NCBI GenBank assembly: GCA_043813075.1
Contig: JBDRLL010000002.1
Span: forward strand, 1 to 26,538
Direction: 5' to 3'
Source of the DNA: Candidatus Altiarchaeota archaeon
Lineage (GTDB): Archaea; Altiarchaeota; Altiarchaeia; IMC4; SCGC-AAA252-I15
Length of the DNA stretch: 26,538 nucleotides
In this document: positions 7,307-16,687 of the stretch, piece by piece
Numbering within the stretch: the stretch's first letter is position 1
How the letters are laid out: every line of letters begins with the position of its first letter
Position numbers and translations under genes: made by a program
Notes under the pieces: generated by a model
The model's input: the letters and a program-made list of their open reading frames with translations, nothing else
Database searches by the model: none
Told to the model about the DNA's origin: nothing

Positions 7307-8138
7307 ATACTGGAGTGTATGCGTATGCTTTACCGAATGGTCTTGAGGATACTGGAGCTATCTTAGTGTATTCCTGTTCCACCAGCATATCCTCTGGTAC
7401 ATTGAAGTACTTGCAGAATCTCTTGATTATCCCCTCTAATTGTCTCCTGTCGTCGTCGGTGAACTCTTTCTTAGAGGCGTATGGCCCCAATAGTTCGTCC
7501 TTGACATCCCCCCTTATGAATATCTTCCCCCCGTGTATGCCTGAACCCAGATCTGTCTGAGCCAGGTCTCCTTCCGCAAGCCTTATCCTCCTGGCGTCTA
7601 TGTTGTTCTTGTCGACTGGCTTGCTGGGGTCTATCAACGCCCCGCTGAAGTCGAGCCCGAAGACGGTTATTATGCCGCCAGCCATGTATTCCCCGCAGTA
7701 CTGCTTCACCCTGCCGCCGTACACTATCTCAGGGATGTTGTCCTTGAACTCCTTCATGTGTATTCCTATCCTGGAGCCGCCGTTGCCCATGACGAATATG
7801 CTCCCCCCACGCGCTCCCATGCCTGTGATATCCCACGAGTCTCCGTAGACTATTATCCTGCCTGCGTTGAGCGTGTTCCCCAGGAGGTATTCGCTGCAAC
7901 CGTATACTGTTATCTTCGGGCCTTCGGCGAAGACTCCAAGGTCGAGGCCCGCATTCCCGTGCACGTCTATCCTCACGTCAGCCTTGATGCCTGCGCCTAT
8001 GAATCTCTGGCCATTCACGTTCTCAAGGACTATGTGGTCATATCCATCACTGACGGCCTTCCGGATTTTCTTGTTGAGTATCCTATAGTCCACCCACCCG
8101 TCCTCCGTCTTTGCTTGTATCGTGATTTTCTTGGTCAT
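7305..8138 (-). CDS. Glutamate synthase GXGXG-domain subunit (GltB domain 3/GlxC-like)
   Basis: VNGQRFIGAG, HGNAGLDLG, GSRIGIHMKE, GEYMAGG and GSGIHGG beta-helix repeats. Confidence 0.9.
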   Translation of the reverse strand: MTKKITIQAKTEDGWVDYRILNKKIRKAVSDGYDHIVLENVNGQRFIGAGIKADVRIDVHGNAGLDLGVFAEGPKITVYGCSEYLLGNTLNAGRIIVYGDSWDITGMGARGGSIFVMGNGGSRIGIHMKEFKDNIPEIVYGGRVKQYCGEYMAGGIITVFGLDFSGALIDPSKPVDKNNIDARRIRLAEGDLAQTDLGSGIHGGKIFIRGDVKDELLGPYASKKEFTDDDRRQLEGIIKRFCKYFNVPEDMLVEQEYTKIAPVSSRPFGKAYAYTPV

Positions 8139-8139
8139 C

Positions 8140-9669
8140 CTATTCTCCAGCGTGTCTTACGCCGAGTATCTCTGCTTCATGTGGGTTTGGCCCGATGTAT
8201 CTGAGCCTGCCCCTGTTGCCGACGAAGCTTTCAACCGCGTCTATGCCCATGATTCCGAGTACTTCCTCGAGCTCGGCGTGCCATGAGTTGAACAGGTTCA
8301 CTATCCTCTGTGTCGCCCATTCAACATCAACCCTCTTGCCGAGACGCGGGTCGCCTGTCGCTATACCCCAACTGCATAGTCCCCTATGGCATTGCTGGCA
8401 GACGGTGCATCCCATCGCCATCAGCACTGACGTTGATATCTGACCCACGTCCGCTCCTAGTGCGAGTATCTTGATGAGGTCTGCCGCACTCCTAAGCGAG
8501 CCGCCTGCGATAAGCGTCACCTTGTGCCTTATGCCTTCTCTCGTGAGGTGCTGGTCTGTCGCAGCTATCGCAAGTTCTATCGGTATCCCAGTGTTGTCTC
8601 TCACTATTCGCGGTGATGCTCCCGTTCCCCCGCGGAATCCGTCTATCGTTATGAAGTCCGCTTCCGCGTGCACTATCCCCGAGGCTATTGCGGGCACATT
8701 GTTTACTGCAGCTATCTTTACTCCAACAGGCACCTGGTAGTCGGTGGCCTCGTGGAGTGCGGCAATCAGCGTCTTCAAGTCTTCTATCGAGTATATGTCG
8801 TGTTGGGGGTTTGGGCTCAAAGCGTCAGTCCCGACAGGTATCCCCCTGGTGTCTGCTATCATCTCGTTGACCTTCTCCCCTGGCAGCTGCCCCCCATGGC
8901 CTGGCTTGGCGCCTTGGCCTATCTTTATCTCGAGCGCCGCCACATCCAGGTAGTCTGGCCCCACACCGAATCTACCGGAAGCCACTTCCGCGAGAACGTT
9001 CTTCCTGTAGGGCCTCAGGCTAACGTGCAGTCCGCCTTCACCTGTCCCCATCAGGGTCCCCAGCTTGTCGACAGCCCGTATCATGGATATGTATGCGTTG
9101 TATGAGAGTGATCCTAGGGACATGTGGCCTATGATTAACGGCATGAATAATGGCCTGTTTGGCGGCAGGTCTCCGACATTGAATCCTTTCTTGCCTTCCT
9201 TGACGTCTAGCCTGTCCAGCTTCTTGCCTAAATAAGTCTTCGTCTCGACAGGCTCTCTTAACGCGTCTATCGACGGGTTAGTCACCTGGCAGGCGTCCCA
9301 TACTAGGTTGTCGAATACGAATGGTTGCGGCCTGTCGTTCCCCATTCCAGTCAAAAGTACTCTGCCAGTCCTCGCGTTCTCGTATATCACCCTGTGGTGC
9401 CATTCACTCCAGTTGGCGTGGGGAGAATACGAGTTGGGGTGTATGCCAACTGTGATCGCGTCTTCAGGACAGTATATCGAGCAACGCTGGCAGGCGACGC
9501 AGTTCCTCGTGTCGTACACGTACGGCTCCCTCTTCTGGTCGTCCCATCGGATGCAGTCGTAGGTGCAGTTTGTAGCGCACCTCTTGCACTTACTGCACTT
9601 GTCCAGGTTGATTTCGCATCTAAACTTGGGGAGGACGGTGTCCTGTATGTTCTTCAGCTCCTTCTTCAT
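8140..9669 (-). CDS. gltB: Archaeal-type glutamate synthase FMN-binding subunit with N-terminal 2x[4Fe-4S] domain (GltB domain 2)
   Basis: CSKCKRCATNC and CVACQRCSIYCP, then MSLGSLS, GTGEGG, VASGRFGV, EIKIGQGAKPGHGGQLPGEKV, HDIYSIEDL, DGFRGGTGA and CTVCQQCHRGLC. Confidence 0.93.
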   Translation of the reverse strand: MKKELKNIQDTVLPKFRCEINLDKCSKCKRCATNCTYDCIRWDDQKREPYVYDTRNCVACQRCSIYCPEDAITVGIHPNSYSPHANWSEWHHRVIYENARTGRVLLTGMGNDRPQPFVFDNLVWDACQVTNPSIDALREPVETKTYLGKKLDRLDVKEGKKGFNVGDLPPNRPLFMPLIIGHMSLGSLSYNAYISMIRAVDKLGTLMGTGEGGLHVSLRPYRKNVLAEVASGRFGVGPDYLDVAALEIKIGQGAKPGHGGQLPGEKVNEMIADTRGIPVGTDALSPNPQHDIYSIEDLKTLIAALHEATDYQVPVGVKIAAVNNVPAIASGIVHAEADFITIDGFRGGTGASPRIVRDNTGIPIELAIAATDQHLTREGIRHKVTLIAGGSLRSAADLIKILALGADVGQISTSVLMAMGCTVCQQCHRGLCSWGIATGDPRLGKRVDVEWATQRIVNLFNSWHAELEEVLGIMGIDAVESFVGNRGRLRYIGPNPHEAEILGVRHAGE

Positions 9670-10796
9670 AGCAGGCTCACCTCATCGAGCGGAGCGCCCT
9701 GCCCCCTGGATTTTATCCCCTTTAAGCTTGCTATGACTGGTACTCCAGGATTTGGCTGCCAGTAGTCTCGCGTGTCGGTGGCTGTGCGTATCGAAGATAG
9801 TTCGCTTGCGGCATAAAACATGTTCCTACCTTCCTCATAGGCTGCTATAAGCGGCCTCAGCTTCTTCCGGTCTGTGTGGACTATCATCGTTGGCTCAGGA
9901 TTGTCTGTCGTCACTACGATAGAGAAGGGGCCGTTGGCTAGAGCGCTCTTGTATGTCTGTCGTATGTGCGTCATCCACCTCCTCCTCTTGGTGTCCATGT
10001 TGTTGATGTCCCTCCAGTATGGGGGAGCCATAGCGGTTGTCGCTATTTGGTGTGCGATAGTCTTCGGGTATCCGCTGCACCTGACTATGTAATCGAAGAT
10101 GTATGCCAGGACTTCAGTGTCTGTCCTCAGCATGCACTTGTATCCTCTCTCCTCCAGGTAGTTCACGTTTGTCCCGTATGATGTTATCTCTCCGTTGTGT
10201 ACGACCGACGTCCCCAGAAGGTTAAATGGGTGCGCCCCACCCCACCATCCGGGCGTGTTTGTCGGAAATCTTGAGTGTGCCGACCACATGTAGGCCTTCA
10301 TATCATCGATCTTGTAGAATTCCGCGATGTCTGCCGCCCATCCGTTGCCTTTGAAGACGCCCATGTTCTTCCCGGAGCTCATGCAGAATGCCCCGTCTAT
10401 GTTCGCGTTTATGTGCATCACGACTTCCTTGATGTGTTCGTCTGGATCTGGCCTCTTGGTGTTCACGAAGAACCTCCAGACTTGCGGCGGGTTCACTATC
10501 CCGTCAGTCTCCTGTGTGGGAACTTCTTCGTCGTGCGCCACGTAGGTCGCCTCATTGAGGTATTCCTCAACCCGGTTTCTTGTCGGCTCGGTGCCCGGCA
10601 CCTCTTCGAGAAGTACTTGTATGCAGTAGTCGTCTTCATGCTTTGGGAATATCCCGTAGGCGGCAAACCCTGCTCCAAGGCCGTTTTCACGCTCTTTCTG
10701 TAGTCTTATCATGTCTGCGACCTGTTTTCCTGGGACTGGCTTGCCGTCCATGTTCAGTAATGCTGCTATCCCGCATGCTTCAAATAACCTGTCCAT
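9666..10796 (-). CDS. Class II (Ntn) glutamine amidotransferase subunit of split glutamate synthase (GltB domain 1/GlxB-like)
   Basis: ACGI at the N-terminus, ERENGLGAGFA, HSRFPTNTPGWWGGAHPF, HNGEI, TDTEV, NGPFS and DRKKLRP. Confidence 0.9.
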   Translation of the reverse strand: MDRLFEACGIAALLNMDGKPVPGKQVADMIRLQKERENGLGAGFAAYGIFPKHEDDYCIQVLLEEVPGTEPTRNRVEEYLNEATYVAHDEEVPTQETDGIVNPPQVWRFFVNTKRPDPDEHIKEVVMHINANIDGAFCMSSGKNMGVFKGNGWAADIAEFYKIDDMKAYMWSAHSRFPTNTPGWWGGAHPFNLLGTSVVHNGEITSYGTNVNYLEERGYKCMLRTDTEVLAYIFDYIVRCSGYPKTIAHQIATTAMAPPYWRDINNMDTKRRRWMTHIRQTYKSALANGPFSIVVTTDNPEPTMIVHTDRKKLRPLIAAYEEGRNMFYAASELSSIRTATDTRDYWQPNPGVPVIASLKGIKSRGQGAPLDEVSLL

Positions 10797-12099
10797 CCTT
10801 CTTCTTCTTTGCTGATTCGATTATCTTCATTATCTTCTCAGGGTCTGCCGGCTTGACCGGCTCCATACCCAGCCTGCGTCTTATCATCTCGTTCTGCCGC
10901 ATCCCGTATCCTGTGGTCAGTATCATGTCCATCTTCAGGTTGACTGCTTCAGGGGCCTTACCCCTTTCTACGGCTATCTCACGCAGCTTCAGGAAGAAGT
11001 CTTTCAAGCCTATGTTGTTTGGGCATCTTGACAGGCATTTACCACACTGTAGGCAGTGCCATATCATTGGATCCTGAATGGCTTCATCTAGCTTGCCTTC
11101 CCTTACCATCTCCACTATCGTCAGCGGGTCGAACTTCTTCTCAGAGTTCTCAGTAATCCTGGCTTCAGTGCACTCTAGCCTGCATGCCTCGCAGTGGCTT
11201 ACCAGGTCGATGTAGTCAAAGTACTTCTTGACCTCTTCGATGTTCTTCTCCTCCTCGTACTTGATGCCCAGCTTCTCCATAACCGGTTGAACGCTGGTTG
11301 CATGCAGGTTCAATGCCATGTCTTCAGGGCTAAGTCCCAGTGCCAGTCCGATGAGCTCTGTGATGTAGAATACTGGTATCGCGTGTTCTCGCATATCCTT
11401 TGATAGTCTGTCGAACTGTAGGAAGCATGTTGGGCATGCTGTTACCATACAGTCAGCGTTCTGTTTCGCGCTCTTTAGCTTGTTTTCAAGTAGCCTGTCT
11501 GATTCCTCGGTGTTGAATGCTGCTATGGGGACTCCGCAGCAGTCCATCTTGTTCTCGTATTCTGCGCTTTCAGCCCCTAGCGTCGTTATCATCTCGTCTA
11601 GTGAGACGGGCTTGTCAGGGTGGTCGCTCTTCACTGCCTGTGGCCATAGTGCGTGGCACCCGTAGTGGGCTGCAACCTTCAGGCCTTTAAGTGGTTTTTC
11701 GACCTTGTTTTGTATGAGCTTGCTCTTGTTGTGCAGTACTTCCATTATGTGTTGTATGTTAACGTCCTTCGCGTATCTCTCGCCTTCTGGGAGTGAGTTG
11801 TTGATTTCATCCCTTTTTTCCGGGTATCTCAGTTCTTTCCTCGCTTTTTCGAACGTGTTGAAGCATCCGCTGCATGCGACTATCATCTCATCTCCTGCCA
11901 GCGCCATGTTCCTTGCGCTTAGTGCTAGTGCAGCGTTGTGGTCGTATGCTTTCGCGGATACTGGATCCGGGCAGCATGTCCATCCGTCTATCTCCCTCGT
12001 CTCAATGCCTATCTTTTTTAGGACTAGTCCTGATGTCTTGATCAGGTAGGGCAGTGTGTTGCTTATCGTGCACCCCCAGTATATTGACGTTTTACCCAT
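10780..12099 (-). CDS. Heterodisulfide reductase-like HdrB-HdrC fusion protein
   Basis: HdrB part: YWGC, TCCPDP, ACSGC, HYGCH, CCG, ACPTC. C-terminal HdrC part: CEACRLEC...IWHCLQCGKCLSRCP. GGAGGAG ribosome-binding site at 12101-12107. Confidence 0.88.
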   Translation of the reverse strand: MGKTSIYWGCTISNTLPYLIKTSGLVLKKIGIETREIDGWTCCPDPVSAKAYDHNAALALSARNMALAGDEMIVACSGCFNTFEKARKELRYPEKRDEINNSLPEGERYAKDVNIQHIMEVLHNKSKLIQNKVEKPLKGLKVAAHYGCHALWPQAVKSDHPDKPVSLDEMITTLGAESAEYENKMDCCGVPIAAFNTEESDRLLENKLKSAKQNADCMVTACPTCFLQFDRLSKDMREHAIPVFYITELIGLALGLSPEDMALNLHATSVQPVMEKLGIKYEEEKNIEEVKKYFDYIDLVSHCEACRLECTEARITENSEKKFDPLTIVEMVREGKLDEAIQDPMIWHCLQCGKCLSRCPNNIGLKDFFLKLREIAVERGKAPEAVNLKMDMILTTGYGMRQNEMIRRRLGMEPVKPADPEKIMKIIESAKKKKDGQVI

Positions 12100-12263
12100 A
12101 CTCCTCCTACATTTTTGCTTTTAATCTTTAAATACAGATGGTTTCAAATATCAACAAAATAACTCTATTCAGATGAATTAATGAAATAATATGTTATCTC
12201 TAAAAGAATTAGGGTTTAAATAATAAACTATTGTATTACAATATTGTATTACATCATCTGTGG
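12100..12263 (-). promoter_or_regulatory. AT-rich promoter region of the 17-gene operon, with a TATA-like TATTTAAA, ribosome-binding site and candidate operator
   Basis: Strongly AT-rich intergenic region. Minus-strand TATTTAAA at 12127-12134, GGAGGAG before the ATG, and a tandem palindromic repeat at 12229-12253. Confidence 0.6.
12229..12253. repeat. Tandem direct repeat TATTGTATTACA x2 that also forms a palindrome
   Basis: Copies at 12229-12240 and 12242-12253. The central TACAATATTGTA (12237-12248) is a perfect palindrome. Confidence 0.85.
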
Positions 12264-13208
<945 letters not shown>

Positions 13209-14255
13209 CTAATCCCTCCCCCACCATCGTTCAGGGAACTTCTTCCTTATAACATCATCGCCCTCGCCAGCCGGTTCTCCGCCGAGAGCCCGCACGTCCG
13301 CGTCAACCATCACCTTAACCAGGTCCTTGAACCTGACGGCAGGATCCCACCCCAACTCCCTCTTCGCCTTTGAAGCGTCCGCGGTAAGTAACTCGACTTC
13401 ATTGGGCCTGTAGTATCTCTTGTCCTGCTCAACGTGGTCGCTCCACTCCAGGCCAGCGTACTTGAACGCTTCTTCCACGAACTCCCTTACAGTATGCGAT
13501 TCGCCGGTTCCGATCACGTAGTCTCCAGGCTCATCATTCTGCAGCATCTTCCACATGGATTCCACGTATTCCGGAGCGTAACCCCAGTCCCTCATGGCGT
13601 CCAGGTTACCGAGGTATAGTCTCCCCCCACTCCCTGACGCTATCTTGGCGACCGCCATGCTTATCTTCCTGGTCACGAACGTCTCACCCCTCCTGGGGGA
13701 CTCGTGGTTGAAGAGTATGCCGTTGCACGTGAAAATGTCGTAGCCTTCCCTGTAGTTGACGGTACTCCAGTAGGCGCACGTCTTTGCCACAGCATAGGGG
13801 CTTCTCGGCCGGAACGGCGTCTGCTCGTTCTGTGGTGCCCGTGAATTACCGAACATCTCGCTGCTCGAAGCCTGGTAGAACCTGGTCTTAAGCTTGTTGT
13901 CCTTCACAGCCTCAAGGATCCTGGCCGGCCCTATTCCAGTGACGTCCATAGTGTACTCCGGCAGGTCGAAGCTCACTCTGACATGGCTTTGAGCGCCCAG
14001 ATTGTATATCTCAGACGGCTGGATGTTGATGATCATGTTCGTGATCTGGGAGGGGTCAAGGAGGTCGCCGTAATACAGGAAGAACCTGGCTCCCGGGGAG
14101 TGCGGGTCCACGTATATGTGGTCTATCCTGGACGTGTTGAATGTGCTGGACCTTCTTATAAGCCCGTGGACTTCATAACCCTTCGACAACAAAAGTTCCG
14201 CGAGGTACGAGCCGTCCTGGCCGGTGACTCCAGTGATAAAAGCCTTCTTCATCAT
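13209..14255 (-). CDS. gmd: GDP-mannose 4,6-dehydratase
   Basis: [56 protein letters not shown] and RDWGYA. Confidence 0.97.
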   Translation of the reverse strand: MMKKAFITGVTGQDGSYLAELLLSKGYEVHGLIRRSSTFNTSRIDHIYVDPHSPGARFFLYYGDLLDPSQITNMIINIQPSEIYNLGAQSHVRVSFDLPEYTMDVTGIGPARILEAVKDNKLKTRFYQASSSEMFGNSRAPQNEQTPFRPRSPYAVAKTCAYWSTVNYREGYDIFTCNGILFNHESPRRGETFVTRKISMAVAKIASGSGGRLYLGNLDAMRDWGYAPEYVESMWKMLQNDEPGDYVIGTGESHTVREFVEEAFKYAGLEWSDHVEQDKRYYRPNEVELLTADASKAKRELGWDPAVRFKDLVKVMVDADVRALGGEPAGEGDDVIRKKFPERWWGRD

Positions 14256-14282
14256 TAGTTCAGTGAAATACTTGGATTTCTC

Positions 14283-14291
14283 TTAAATATA
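14283..14291 (-). promoter_or_regulatory. Putative TATA box of gmd-fcl
   Basis: Minus-strand TATATTTAA about 28 nt upstream of the gmd ATG, typical of leaderless archaeal promoters. Confidence 0.5.
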
Positions 14292-14294
14292 ATC

Positions 14295-14840
14295 CTAGAT
14301 TATGGCGTCGTATTCGAATACGATATCCCTCGTCTTTTCAGCAGCCTTCTTTATGTCCTTCAGGTTCTTGGCGCCGGTGATTATCATCCTGCCTGACCTG
14401 AATATGAGCATCACGGTCTTGGGCTCGTCCAGCCTGTAGACGAGTCCTGGGAACTGCTCTGGCTCGTACTCCGTGTTCCAGCACTCTATCGCAAGCTTGT
14501 CCAAGTTGACTTTAACGTCTATGCTGCTGGAGGCCACGATGTTTTGTATCTCCACCAGCGGCTCCTGGCTTATCCTGACGCCACCCTCCTTGAGCTTGTC
14601 CTTCAACTGTATTATGGCAGCGTCTATGTCAGTCTGGCTTCGCGCTCCAGTGCATATCACCTTCCCGGAGCTGAATATGAGCATCGCTATCTTAGGGTTC
14701 CTGATGCGGAACACTACTCCCGGGAAGTTCTCCGGATTATATTCCACTCCAGAAACCTTGTCCACAAACTTCCTCAAGTCTATGTCAGTGCCCAGTGTTA
14801 TTGCAGAAACAATATTCTCTACATTCGTCTCCAAAGCCAT
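14295..14840 (-). CDS. tbp: TATA-box binding protein
   Basis: Two repeats: ENIV...EYNPENFPGVVFR...LIFSSGKVICTGA and QNIVAS...EYEPEQFPGLVYR...LIFRSGRMIITGA. Confidence 0.97.
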   Translation of the reverse strand: MALETNVENIVSAITLGTDIDLRKFVDKVSGVEYNPENFPGVVFRIRNPKIAMLIFSSGKVICTGARSQTDIDAAIIQLKDKLKEGGVRISQEPLVEIQNIVASSSIDVKVNLDKLAIECWNTEYEPEQFPGLVYRLDEPKTVMLIFRSGRMIITGAKNLKDIKKAAEKTRDIVFEYDAII

Positions 14841-14894
14841 TGCGTGAAACCATCTATGATATGTCTTTATACATTTAAATTCACAAGACTAACC
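14841..14894. promoter_or_regulatory. Compact divergent promoter between tbp and the PIN gene
   Basis: 54-bp gap containing TTTATACATTTAAAT (14866-14880), which is TATA-like on both strands at roughly the right distance from both ATGs. Confidence 0.55.
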
Positions 14895-15545
14895 ATGATT
14901 GTGGTCGACTCTAGCTCCATAATCTCGCTTGCAATGAACTGCCTCACCCCGCTGATGAGGATTATGCGGGAGGAGTTCATAGTCTCACCCAGCGTATATG
15001 AGGAGATAATATCGCGGCCCAGCAGCTCCAAGCGTTTCGCGTTCGAGTCCATGAGGATACGGATGCTCTTCGACGAGGGTGTTCTGAAGATGGCTGAATC
15101 AAAGTCAGACCTCACAGACCGGATCCTGGAGAAGGCCAACTCGCTCTACAACATAAAGGGCCGCCACCTTAAGATAATACACCGGGCTGAGACGGAGATA
15201 ATAGCGCTTGCCAGCGAGCTTGGCGCCGACGCCATGCTGCTTGACGAGCGTACCACCCGGCTTCTACTCGAAGACCCGTATAACCTGAAGGAGCTGTTGT
15301 CCTACCGCAACAAGTCGAAGGTCCGGATGGATGAGGGGCTGTTGGCCGAGCTGAAGGGCCTTCTGCCTGACGTCCCGGTGATACGCTCGACAGAGTTGAC
15401 TGCCGTAGCCTATGAGCGAGGCTTCCTGAAGCCCTATGGCGGGGCAGACAAGAATGTGCTGCTTAACGCGCTTTCAGCATTGAAGTTCAGCGGCTGCAGC
15501 ATAAGCTGGCAGGAGATAGATGAATACGATAAAGTCGTCATCTAA
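14895..15545 (+). CDS. PIN-domain protein
   Basis: Start moved to MIVVDSSSIISLA (14895). Motifs VSPSVYEE, AETEIIALA and LLDERTTR give the PIN acidic-residue pattern. Confidence 0.75.
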   Translation: MIVVDSSSIISLAMNCLTPLMRIMREEFIVSPSVYEEIISRPSSSKRFAFESMRIRMLFDEGVLKMAESKSDLTDRILEKANSLYNIKGRHLKIIHRAETEIIALASELGADAMLLDERTTRLLLEDPYNLKELLSYRNKSKVRMDEGLLAELKGLLPDVPVIRSTELTAVAYERGFLKPYGGADKNVLLNALSALKFSGCSISWQEIDEYDKVVI

Positions 15546-16687
15546 CTCTTTATGAACGGCTTATACATCAGTTTCGGCAGTTTTTTCATGATGAACTTGT
15601 AGTCTGCCTCGCCCCTAAGGAGTGTCAGCCATGTCCTGTCGCTCGCCTTGCCCCCTGCCTTAACGCACCAGTCGAGTAGCCCCTCCCTAGTGCTTAAGGC
15701 TGTGAGGAGCTTCTGTATCACGTATCCCGTCTGGAATGTGCTATAGTACTTGCCGACCCAACTGCTGCTGTATCCCTCCAACAGTCTTGTGTCGCGTGAA
15801 GACACCGCATCCACCACCGCTTTCGCAGCCATGTCAGCTGAATCCATCACAAACCTGACTCCCTCGCCTGCGACCGGATTCCCCTGGAGTGCGACGTCGC
15901 CGACCAGAATGAGGTTGCCTCTATTGAACTTCCTTAACGGACTGCCGGTGTTAAAGACGCCTGAATGGGATTCAAGTATCCTGTTCTCAACCCTTCTTGA
16001 GATCCTTGGCATCGTCATCATACGGTCCAGGTAATCCCTGACATTCGGGAAATACATCCTGTTTAATGTTCCCACACCGACAATAGCCTTCTCCTCGCTC
16101 ACAGGGAAAAGCCATCCATAGCCTCCGGGAAAATCACCTCCCACATAGAGTTCAGACAAATGCGGCTCACTCTTCAAGGGCACGATGTATTCGAAACCCA
16201 GCGCCTGCCTTACGGGATTTGTGTTTATCGGAAGCCTCTTGTTGAAGACCCCCCCTATGCCAGAGCAGTCCGCGTAAACCTCACCCTCCACGAGAACCTC
16301 CTTATCAAGGCACACGCAAGTTATGTTATTGTCCCTCACGTCAACGTGCCTCGCGTAAGTCCCATAATCCAGGGTGGCTCCCGAGGCAATGCATCTTCTC
16401 TCAAGCTCGTCCAGCAGCCTCCTCCTGTCTATCACGCACGCGCTCCCGGATCTTTCGACAAAATAGTTCGGTGACGCGAAGTGGATGTCTGTTATGGGAT
16501 GGCAGACCTCCCTGGGGAGACCCCACCTGTCCAGGTCGATGAAGCTGCCTGAAGTAGTGTATGACACGTCACCCGCCTCGCTCTTCTTGTCGAACACGAA
16601 GACGCTCAGGCCCTCTTCCGCAGCCTTCCATGCGAGCGTCAGTCCGGCAGGCCCTGCGCCTGCTACAACAAGGTCGTATGACTTCAT
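15542..16687 (-). CDS. Geranylgeranyl reductase-family FAD-dependent oxidoreductase (DGGGPL reductase-like)
   Basis: YDLVVAGAGPAG, PGGYGWLFP and LVGDVA...NPVAGEGV. Confidence 0.85.
   Translation of the reverse strand: MKSYDLVVAGAGPAGLTLAWKAAEEGLSVFVFDKKSEAGDVSYTTSGSFIDLDRWGLPREVCHPITDIHFASPNYFVERSGSACVIDRRRLLDELERRCIASGATLDYGTYARHVDVRDNNITCVCLDKEVLVEGEVYADCSGIGGVFNKRLPINTNPVRQALGFEYIVPLKSEPHLSELYVGGDFPGGYGWLFPVSEEKAIVGVGTLNRMYFPNVRDYLDRMMTMPRISRRVENRILESHSGVFNTGSPLRKFNRGNLILVGDVALQGNPVAGEGVRFVMDSADMAAKAVVDAVSSRDTRLLEGYSSSWVGKYYSTFQTGYVIQKLLTALSTREGLLDWCVKAGGKASDRTWLTLLRGEADYKFIMKKLPKLMYKPFIKS

Noticed and set aside
1996-9669. Possible selenocysteine read-through at TGA stops in the redox operon
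   Set aside because: The TGAs fall at natural gene ends, mostly as ATGA overlaps. The missing-Cys positions are sense codons, and I recognised no SECIS.
10780-12099. Reading the hdr genes as evidence of methanogenesis or sHdr sulfur oxidation
   Set aside because: There is no hdrA, mvh, mcr, tusA or dsrE in the window, and the context points to glutamate synthase and lipoate.
12136-12146. 11-mer TGAAACCATCT found in both the operon promoter (minus strand) and the tbp/PIN gap (14845-14855)
   Set aside because: There are only two copies, with different spacing to the TATA-like boxes, so it cannot be distinguished from chance without a genome-wide scan.
14544-14894. 117-aa N-terminal extension of the PIN ORF
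   Set aside because: It is antisense to tbp. The PIN domain begins at MIVVD (14895).
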